From assembly GCA_964535735.1 (NCBI GenBank), contig CAZHTM010000008.1, positions 8,707-72,706 of the forward strand: 64,000 bases of DNA, given 5' to 3'. Numbering within the stretch: position 1 is the first letter of the stretch; each line of letters begins with the position of its first letter. This stretch comes from an uncultured bacterium. Its GTDB lineage: Bacteria > Fidelibacterota > Marinisomatia > Marinisomatales > J089. A program made the position numbers and the translations under genes. Of the stretch, positions 16,986 through 24,160 are shown in pieces. The notes beneath the pieces are model-generated. The model was not told the DNA's origin. It did no database searches and saw only the letters and a program-made list of their open reading frames with translations.

Positions 16986-18129
16986 TCAAGATCTACGAGT
17001 CTTCATCCCCAGTATTCAGCGGACATGGGTTTTGGTTGTCATCGCCGTAGTTAGCGTCATTTGCTTCACGATTGCGTCCAAAATGAAGACCCAAATAATC
17101 TCCCATGCGTTTGATCAGAAGATTGAAGCCGCGGAAACCATGGCGGCGGCGATGGACTACCTAAAGCAGGATCGTCTCCATGCCGGGCAGATCATCGACA
17201 TTGAAAATGATCCCAATGAAACCGGGTTAGTGGGATCTCAATTCAGTTTGATAACCACGGATGAAGGAGATCTGGATTCAAAACTCACCACATTGGACCC
17301 CAATTTTGCAGCAGCGTTGGTTGAACTTTATTCCCGCCTGAATTTAGGTCCCGGTGACACCATTGCGGTGATGGTTACGGGTTCCATGCCCGGCGGTAAT
17401 ATGGCGGCGTTGATTGCGGCCAAGGTAATGGGCATTACACCAGTGGTAATCACATCAGTAGGCGCATCGCAATGGGGCGCTAATATACCGGGATTTACCT
17501 GGTTGGACTTGGAAGCCAAGCTATACGACGCCGGTTTTATTACTACTCGATCTATTGCCGCTAGTATTGGGGGACGGAATGATCAGGGACGATTGCTCAG
17601 TCCTCGCGGGCGAAACATCATCAAAAAAACCATTCAGGATTATCATCTTCATTTGATACATCACGAATCTTTACAGGATAATATTGAAGAACGGCTTCAA
17701 CTATTGGATTCAATATTACCCTTGTCTCACTATGCTGCACTGGTGAATGTCGGAGGTGGGGTAGCTAGTCTGGGGACCAATTTGAATCCAAAATTAATCC
17801 CACCGGGAATTGTCCACCGTTCCTTACTTCAATCGATTTCCCGTTCCGATGGAATCAAGGGAGTTGTTACCCGTTTTGCTGAAAAGGATGTGCCCTTCAT
17901 TCATATATTAAATATTCGGAAATTGACTGAAGAATTAAAAATGCCGTTTGCGCCAATTCCATTACCTGAAATCGGGACCGGCCAACTCTATGCAGAAACC
18001 CGGTATAACATTTGGGCCACCCTGATTGCGCTGGTTATTGTCGTTGGGATGGTCTATGGGATAGGATATCGTAGTCATCAACAAATTCGCCAGAGGATGG
18101 AACAACATGAACCGGATTCGGTCCTTTAA
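16969..18129 (+). CDS. poly-gamma-glutamate system protein (occupies the PgsA/CapA slot, unrelated fold)
   Basis: 386 aa with an N-terminal TM anchor. Blocks ETGLVGSQFSLITTDEGDLDSKLTTLDPNFAA, GDTIAVMVTGSMPG and ITSVGASQWGANIPGFTWLDLE match my memory of the TIGRFAMs 'poly-gamma-glutamate system protein' family (accession not checked). The start is uncertain: GTG 16969, or TTG 16978 lying 9 nt after an AGGAGG. Confidence 0.6.
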   Translation: MKSLSDQDLRVFIPSIQRTWVLVVIAVVSVICFTIASKMKTQIISHAFDQKIEAAETMAAAMDYLKQDRLHAGQIIDIENDPNETGLVGSQFSLITTDEGDLDSKLTTLDPNFAAALVELYSRLNLGPGDTIAVMVTGSMPGGNMAALIAAKVMGITPVVITSVGASQWGANIPGFTWLDLEAKLYDAGFITTRSIAASIGGRNDQGRLLSPRGRNIIKKTIQDYHLHLIHHESLQDNIEERLQLLDSILPLSHYAALVNVGGGVASLGTNLNPKLIPPGIVHRSLLQSISRSDGIKGVVTRFAEKDVPFIHILNIRKLTEELKMPFAPIPLPEIGTGQLYAETRYNIWATLIALVIVVGMVYGIGYRSHQQIRQRMEQHEPDSVL

Positions 18130-18994
18130 CGTTATCACCTTCATATTTCTTGGTTGTCTTGTTTTTCCGCAAATCGTAATTGGGAAACTGGAAAAACCGA
18201 TCTCCGGTGGTGATCAAAAAGAAATACTCTTAATTAATGGAAAGCGGAGGTTGTACTACAATGTGTCCGATCAGGGATTGCGCTATAGTCTGACGGGTCC
18301 AACACGAATTGAGATTATTTCCCGATATTCCTCACCTCGAAAAACCAGAAAAGCTATAACCTTTGACTTTACGATTGTCTTGGATAAAACTGATACGATT
18401 CAGGTGCATCATCGCTATCAAATAAGCAAGTCGATTCGATCGGTTCAACATGCGAACGCCTATTTTACCCATTCGGGAAATGATTATCTCAACTTAGGAC
18501 CTGGTCGCCATGAGATTGAAATTCTACCGGTGCCGAAGATGAAACGTCCGGCTCTAGTACGAGTGGTTACGAAAGAATTCAGCCGATCCTATTCGGAGAA
18601 GACCTGGCTGACACCCACCACGTCGCCGCCACCGGTTACGGTAGTCACCCAGTCCTCACGATTGGATTATTTTGAAGCATCTCATGCCATTCCATTACAG
18701 GTAACAGTGCAAGGGGAACGGACCTTGAAAATCATTAGTCGATTGGAGTTCGAACCCTGGATGGGAACCGAAGAATTGTACCGAATCCAAATTCGGGAAG
18801 GGAAGAAGATCCTTGGCACGTTTTTCTTTTCCACAGAGCGCTCAACGGAAGCCGTGGCCGAATCCCGCGCAGAAATTGTTCCGGCGAAATGGCGTACTTG
18901 CGAAGTAAACGTTCCTGAGGGTGTCTATACTTATGAAGTGACGGTTTTAGAAAAGGATCGCAAGGTTTTACTGCGATTCATGGAATATAAATGA
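18107..18994 (+). CDS. secreted protein of unknown function, internally duplicated
   Basis: It has a signal peptide (MNRIRSFNVITFIFLGCLVFPQIVIG). The two halves are similar (GPTRIEIISRY.../GERTLKIISRLEF...; GPGRHEIEILP...ALVRVV / PEGVYTYEVTV...VLLRFM). Its start lies 23 nt inside the upstream gene. Confidence 0.6.
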   Translation: MNRIRSFNVITFIFLGCLVFPQIVIGKLEKPISGGDQKEILLINGKRRLYYNVSDQGLRYSLTGPTRIEIISRYSSPRKTRKAITFDFTIVLDKTDTIQVHHRYQISKSIRSVQHANAYFTHSGNDYLNLGPGRHEIEILPVPKMKRPALVRVVTKEFSRSYSEKTWLTPTTSPPPVTVVTQSSRLDYFEASHAIPLQVTVQGERTLKIISRLEFEPWMGTEELYRIQIREGKKILGTFFFSTERSTEAVAESRAEIVPAKWRTCEVNVPEGVYTYEVTVLEKDRKVLLRFMEYK

Positions 18995-20022
18995 TTCGAA
19001 TACTGAGCATTGCAGGATTGTTTATCGCGACAATTCAGGGCGCTATTCCTGTCTCATCCTGGGACGTGCATATTCGCAGTGGTTATGATAGCAACGTATT
19101 GCGACTATCCTTTGTAGATCAAGAGGACGCGGCAATTGATCGCGACTTACTGGGGCGGATGGAGACGTTTGATTCTGCGTTTTTACGAGTAGGTGGTTCG
19201 GTGGATTTTCTCAGACGGTTTCAGAAAGAAAATCAAATTTTACGCCAGAAGGTAAGCCTAAATGCCACGTCCTACCTTCAATCGCCGGACCGTAAGTACC
19301 TAAGTGGAGGATGGTCCCTGGATTATTCCTGGGGTCCATATCGGCATTTAAAACTAAAAATGAGTCTATTAAACCGATATTACCTGAGAGATTACTTGAA
19401 TCGTGATGTCTCTGCCGATCAACAAGCGGCCTGCTATTTTACCGACTTAGATCATCAATTGGCGCTATCCCTTCCAGTGGCTTGGAGAACCTGGTTTCAG
19501 ATTGACGTAGGTCAATTGCAACGGTATTACCCTGATCCATTTGCGGAATTCAGTTTGGATATCCGCTATCTGGGTATTCAACTGTCGCGGGATTTTTCTC
19601 GTAAGCTACGCTTGTCAACATACATACGATTCAATTGGGCGAATAATATCACTTTTCAACAAACCGCTAGAGCCAGTGATTTGGATCGTTCATACAATTC
19701 TATGGATATGGAAGTCCCTTTGCGCCTGCGCCTTAAACGATCCGTCATTCGGGAGATTGGTTTTTCCCAAAAAACAGAATGGCGGTATTATGAAGCCGAA
19801 AATTTCCAGGACCCTTTGCATGCTGGCCGTAGTCATGTAGATACCCAATGGAATACGTGGTTGAAGGGACACCTGGCGGATAACCTGACGATTAAATTAA
19901 ATCTTCGTTACCGAATACGTAAAACTGATTCTGAATTCAGTTGGGTGCGGGACTTGAAATCATTCCATCAATTCCAAACCTGGATCGAAATTACCCGAGA
20001 TTTTGAACCGGGATGGAATTAA
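18991..20022 (+). CDS. putative outer-membrane beta-barrel protein
   Basis: It has a signal peptide (MIRILSIAGLFIATIQGA) and then SGYDSNVLRLS. Many alternating amphipathic Tyr/Trp/Arg-rich segments follow (WSLDYSW, LKLKMSLLNRYY, LRLSTYIRFNW, LTIKLNLRYRIR). It has an ATGA overlap with the upstream gene. Confidence 0.5.
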   Translation: MIRILSIAGLFIATIQGAIPVSSWDVHIRSGYDSNVLRLSFVDQEDAAIDRDLLGRMETFDSAFLRVGGSVDFLRRFQKENQILRQKVSLNATSYLQSPDRKYLSGGWSLDYSWGPYRHLKLKMSLLNRYYLRDYLNRDVSADQQAACYFTDLDHQLALSLPVAWRTWFQIDVGQLQRYYPDPFAEFSLDIRYLGIQLSRDFSRKLRLSTYIRFNWANNITFQQTARASDLDRSYNSMDMEVPLRLRLKRSVIREIGFSQKTEWRYYEAENFQDPLHAGRSHVDTQWNTWLKGHLADNLTIKLNLRYRIRKTDSEFSWVRDLKSFHQFQTWIEITRDFEPGWN

Positions 20023-20059
20023 ACTTTATAATCGTAAAACCTCACAAATTCTTAAACCA

Positions 20060-21130
20060 ATGCTTTTATCCATGCGTCTTAAAAAACAAGCTTTGATCTC
20101 CGGCGGAATCCTACTCTTGGTCCTCGGCATCTCCGGCTGCCTTAAACCACCTACGGAAAAGGTCGTAAACCTGTCCGAAATCACCACCCTGAATACCATC
20201 GGTTATTGTCGTGATGTGGTGGTAAGGGATACACTGGCAATTGTGGCTGCTGATCAGGCCGGCATTGAAATCTGGGATCTGGGAGAAATCATTTCCGGAA
20301 TAAAGTCCCCAACAATGTTGACCCGCATCGATTCAATTTCCCCCACAAAGCAGTTTGACAATGTGTTTCGGGTGAATTATTCCCCAAGGCATAAACGTCT
20401 ATTTGGTGTAGAGAGAAATTCGAAAGTGTTTCCCATGACTGTTGTCAGGTATGATAGTCTGATCATCGATCTGGAAACCATGAGCTCCTACACCGAAGAT
20501 TTCCTTGTGTTGGATGCGGATACACCAGGAATTCCGGATTCCACCTATATTCTCATTGCAGCGGATCGAGATGACGGACTTAAGGTACAATCCTTCGACT
20601 ATACCAATTTCTTTGGAGTTTGGGGTTGGTATGAAAGTGGATTCCTCAGCGCCGAAATTTCTTCGTTAGGTCGGCCCTACGCCGTGGATTACGATTCTGG
20701 TATAGTAGCTATGGCCACTGGCCAAACGGGAGTCACCCTTTATAATCTTGATTTAGCCGACCAAACAATCACGGAGAGTCACAAGCTGGATACGCCCTAT
20801 ACGGCGATGGATGTCCTTTTACAATTCCCATATCTCTATGTCGCCACCGATGATGGTGGTTTATTTATCTATGATTTATCCAGCGGAGAGCCACTTCAGA
20901 TTGCCCATGTGGCCGATCAACTTGGAGTGGAAAGTATTGCTATTGATCAAGAATGGATGGTGCTTTCCCTAAACGCTAAAGGTGTGGCAATCTATGATAT
21001 TCAGAATCCGGAGAAACCGGAATCCAGGGGTATCTATGATATCGGCTATACTTACAATTGTACCTTCGCCAACCACTATTTACTGGCTTCAACCCGGGAA
21101 GGGTTGAAAGTGCTAACGCTTACGGAGTGA
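20060..21130 (+). CDS. LVIVD-repeat beta-propeller lipoprotein
   Basis: The track start at 20003 overlaps the upstream gene. Internal Met codons at 20060/20072 give the lipoprotein signal MRLKKQALISGGILLLVLGISGC. There are about 6-7 LVIVD-type blades (LAIVAADQAGIEIWDL, ILIAADRDDGLKVQSFD, IVAMATGQTGVTLYNL, YLYVATDDGGLFIYDL, WMVLSLNAKGVAIYDI, YLLASTREGLKVLTL). Confidence 0.65.
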   Translation: MLLSMRLKKQALISGGILLLVLGISGCLKPPTEKVVNLSEITTLNTIGYCRDVVVRDTLAIVAADQAGIEIWDLGEIISGIKSPTMLTRIDSISPTKQFDNVFRVNYSPRHKRLFGVERNSKVFPMTVVRYDSLIIDLETMSSYTEDFLVLDADTPGIPDSTYILIAADRDDGLKVQSFDYTNFFGVWGWYESGFLSAEISSLGRPYAVDYDSGIVAMATGQTGVTLYNLDLADQTITESHKLDTPYTAMDVLLQFPYLYVATDDGGLFIYDLSSGEPLQIAHVADQLGVESIAIDQEWMVLSLNAKGVAIYDIQNPEKPESRGIYDIGYTYNCTFANHYLLASTREGLKVLTLTE

Positions 21131-21135
21131 TTTTC

Positions 21136-24100
21136 ATGAACGCAATTCGATTCTCAAAACTTTTCCTGCCGGTGCTTTTGTTTCCCCTTTTAATAGCGGG
21201 GGATCTGTGGAATAACTCAAATGGTGCGCCTATTCGCCAGGGTATTTTTGTTGAATGGCAACGAACCGTTTGTCCAGGTCTCGATGGAAATTGGATCGTT
21301 ATCTGGTCTGATACTCGTTTCGGAAGTCGCAATATTTTTGCACAGAAGATTAGTCCTGATGGTGCCACACTTTGGCAAACAGGTGGTGTTTCAGTCACAA
21401 ACCTACCAGGGCGGCAAGAAGATCCGGTGGCCATTGAAGATGGACAGGGCGGAGCTTTCATCTGTTGGGTGGACTATCGCTATGATGAAGACGGCGACAT
21501 TTTTTACCAACATATCAATGCCGATGGACAGATTTTACTAGACTCTTTGGGCGTAGCGCTCTGCCAACAGTCAGGACTTCAGAAGACGATTTCCATGTGT
21601 ACTGACAGCGCCGGTGGTGTCTTTGTCTCATGGCAGGATGGAAGAAACGGCGTCGATCAAGACATTTACGGCACCCATATCAGTTCTATGGATGACGTCG
21701 TCAATCCCGGAACCGGTGTGGCCATTATTTCCCAGAATGGAGATCAATTTTCGAAGAGCATTGAATATGGGGGCGACCAGCAGGCACTAATTGTCTGGAC
21801 TGACAGTCGGGCAGGCGCTGATCTGGATATTTATCTCCAAAAACTCAATGCAGATATGACCACGATTTTTCCCGCCGCAGGATTGGCGTTATCTGCTACC
21901 GATAATTTGGAGAGCAAACCGCGAACCACCTTTGTCCATGGGGATACGTCTATTGTCGTCTGGCAATCCGGAGATACGGATTCGAAAATCTGGTACCAAT
22001 TTGTGAATTCCTCTGGACTTCTGGGTACCGCCGCAGAGGTCTGTTCCTTTGACTCGGTTCAATCGGATGCCAGGGTAAAAAGGAATGACGCCGGTGAGGT
22101 GGCCGTATTGTGGAAAGATTTTCGTTTCGATCCAGTGGACGGCGATATCTATGTACAGCGTATCAATCCCGATGGGACCTTGAGTTGGACTGCAGACGGA
22201 CTAAGTGTGGATGTCAGCCCATTAAAGAAAGGATTTCCACGTCTTATCGAAGATAGTCAGGGTGGTGTTATGGTGGCCTGGGAACGAGGATCTTTTCCGG
22301 AAGTCAATGTGGTTGCCAATTATATTTCCGCCGATGGAATCGTGACCTTTTCCGACACTGGACAGGTTATTGCCGGAGTTTCAGGTTATCAATTCGGCCC
22401 GATTCTAGGACTGGGAACTAATGGCTCTTTCTTTATTGCCTATGCTAATCAGGGGAGTGGCAGCATTGATCTTACGATTCAGGCTGTGGATACGACAGGG
22501 CAAGTTCTGTATGATTCTACTGGAGTTGTAGTTCGTGACGGTCTGGATGGCCACGTCAAATATGTGTTTGGACTCTCCGATAGTGATTCCCTTATTCTCA
22601 CGTGGGAAGATAACCGTCAAGGACGTATAATATATGGAACACGTGTTGAGACGGGAGGCGCGAACCCCACCTTGAATGGGATGCCATTGACCACACATCC
22701 TTCCGTGTCAGAAGATGTGGTTACAGAACCGGTTTCAGTCCGGGGAAATGATGGAATCTATATTGCTACGTTTGACGCTGCATCTGGCACCAAATTAATC
22801 CGGCTGAATAAGGTGTCAACACAGTTACATCAGATGTGGCCTTCAGAAGGAATTCTGGTAAATGGAACTCAGGCTGATCAACGTCGACCGGTCCTAATTC
22901 CGTTGGGTACAGGGGTGTTGTGCTTTTGGTCAGAAATACGGAATGCTATCGATTTCGATATTTATTTTCAGGTTTTTGATGCCGACGGGAATAAAACCGG
23001 ACCGGACACAGGAACACCGCTAGTGGAGACCTATTTTCTGGATGAATATGTGGAATGGGCCGCATTGACACCCGATGGAAATATTCTGATTTTTTGGAAG
23101 GAGGATTCCTGGGGCGCTGGTGTTTTGAAATACACGAAAATCTCTCAAACAGGACAACCTGCCTTTGGATGGCCTCCTACCGGATACACGTTGGCCGGTC
23201 CCATGGGCGATCCGGGAAAACTGTTGGGTAAGGTCATTTCTGCTGATACGGGCGTCATGGTTGTCTGGGAAGAAACTCGGGATAATGCGAAAGATATTTA
23301 TGCCCAAATCCTTTCTTGGGATGGTGATGTTTTACTGGGCTCCGCAGGTATTCCTCTGACGGAAGCTCCCAATGATCAAACCAACCCTTCGTTTGATATC
23401 AATGTAGACATGGGAACAGCATTGGTTGTCTGGGAAGATTTTCGTGATGGAATGGATTTCAATCTCTTTGGGCAATTACTGGATATTCAGGCGTATGCAT
23501 TGGTGGATACAAATGTCGTGATCTGCAACGCGAGTCAATACCAGCTTCGCCCTTATGTTAGTGCTTTGGATGAGTTTGGGTATGGAATCGTCTGGGAAGA
23601 TGAGCGAGGGAGCCTGGTGGAAGACCCAGTGCTAACGGGAGGCATGGATGTTTACATGAATGGTTTTACCGATCATGTTTTGTTTGATCTGGGAGGCATT
23701 CCTGTTGCTCAGGAATATCATGACCAAAAGGAACCGCAGATATTCCGGCTCAATCATGATGAGTATTTGATTTCATGGCTGGATCTCCGCAGCTCCGGAA
23801 AAGCCGATCTTGTCAATTTGTATGGTACAGTGCTCCAACGAACGGACCTACTTGAAACAACGCCTTCTCAGACCCTTCCCAACGAATTTCGCGTTCATCC
23901 CGCCTATCCCAATCCATTTAATGGCGAGGTGTCCATTCAAATCGAACTTCCCGAAATTCAACCAATCTATTTTTCTATATTCACGTTAACCGGCGCCAAA
24001 GTTTACCAATCCATAAGTGTGCCCACACAGGCGGGGCAGGTCCAACTGCATTGGAATGGAAAAACACTGCTTGGTGAACCACTTCCAAGTGGAATTTATC

Positions 24101-24159
24101 TTTATCAAATTCGTTTAGGGGATCGGACACTGGGCGGAAAAATGACGTTTTTGAAGTAG
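21136..24159 (+). CDS. large T9SS-sorted protein built of ~16 uncharacterised W-x-D-x-R...D-I-Y-x-Q repeats
   Basis: The ATG at 21136 gives the signal peptide MNAIRFSKLFLPVLLFPLLIAG; the track start at 21058 lies inside the upstream gene. The protein has a repeat array plus a C-terminal T9SS sorting domain. Confidence 0.8.
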   Translation: MNAIRFSKLFLPVLLFPLLIAGDLWNNSNGAPIRQGIFVEWQRTVCPGLDGNWIVIWSDTRFGSRNIFAQKISPDGATLWQTGGVSVTNLPGRQEDPVAIEDGQGGAFICWVDYRYDEDGDIFYQHINADGQILLDSLGVALCQQSGLQKTISMCTDSAGGVFVSWQDGRNGVDQDIYGTHISSMDDVVNPGTGVAIISQNGDQFSKSIEYGGDQQALIVWTDSRAGADLDIYLQKLNADMTTIFPAAGLALSATDNLESKPRTTFVHGDTSIVVWQSGDTDSKIWYQFVNSSGLLGTAAEVCSFDSVQSDARVKRNDAGEVAVLWKDFRFDPVDGDIYVQRINPDGTLSWTADGLSVDVSPLKKGFPRLIEDSQGGVMVAWERGSFPEVNVVANYISADGIVTFSDTGQVIAGVSGYQFGPILGLGTNGSFFIAYANQGSGSIDLTIQAVDTTGQVLYDSTGVVVRDGLDGHVKYVFGLSDSDSLILTWEDNRQGRIIYGTRVETGGANPTLNGMPLTTHPSVSEDVVTEPVSVRGNDGIYIATFDAASGTKLIRLNKVSTQLHQMWPSEGILVNGTQADQRRPVLIPLGTGVLCFWSEIRNAIDFDIYFQVFDADGNKTGPDTGTPLVETYFLDEYVEWAALTPDGNILIFWKEDSWGAGVLKYTKISQTGQPAFGWPPTGYTLAGPMGDPGKLLGKVISADTGVMVVWEETRDNAKDIYAQILSWDGDVLLGSAGIPLTEAPNDQTNPSFDINVDMGTALVVWEDFRDGMDFNLFGQLLDIQAYALVDTNVVICNASQYQLRPYVSALDEFGYGIVWEDERGSLVEDPVLTGGMDVYMNGFTDHVLFDLGGIPVAQEYHDQKEPQIFRLNHDEYLISWLDLRSSGKADLVNLYGTVLQRTDLLETTPSQTLPNEFRVHPAYPNPFNGEVSIQIELPEIQPIYFSIFTLTGAKVYQSISVPTQAGQVQLHWNGKTLLGEPLPSGIYLYQIRLGDRTLGGKMTFLK
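21289..23842 (+). repeat. ~16 tandem protein repeats of ~50-60 aa (probable beta-propeller blades)
   Basis: Examples are NWIVIWSDTRFGSRNIFAQKISPDGATLW, GAFICWVDYRYDEDGDIFYQHINADGQIL, QALIVWTDSRAGADLDIYLQKLNADM, EVAVLWKDFRFDPVDGDIYVQRINPDGTLSW, GVLCFWSEIRNAIDFDIYFQVFDADGN, GVMVVWEETRDNAKDIYAQILSWDGDVL and TALVVWEDFRDGMDFNLFGQLLD. The repeat is at protein level only. Confidence 0.6.
23884..24156 (+). other. T9SS type A C-terminal sorting domain (Por_Secre_tail-like)
   Basis: The sequence is EFRVHPAYPNPFNGEVSIQIELP...LHWNGKTLLGEPLPSGIYLYQIRLGDRTLGGKMTFLK. Confidence 0.75.
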
Positions 24160-24160
24160 G

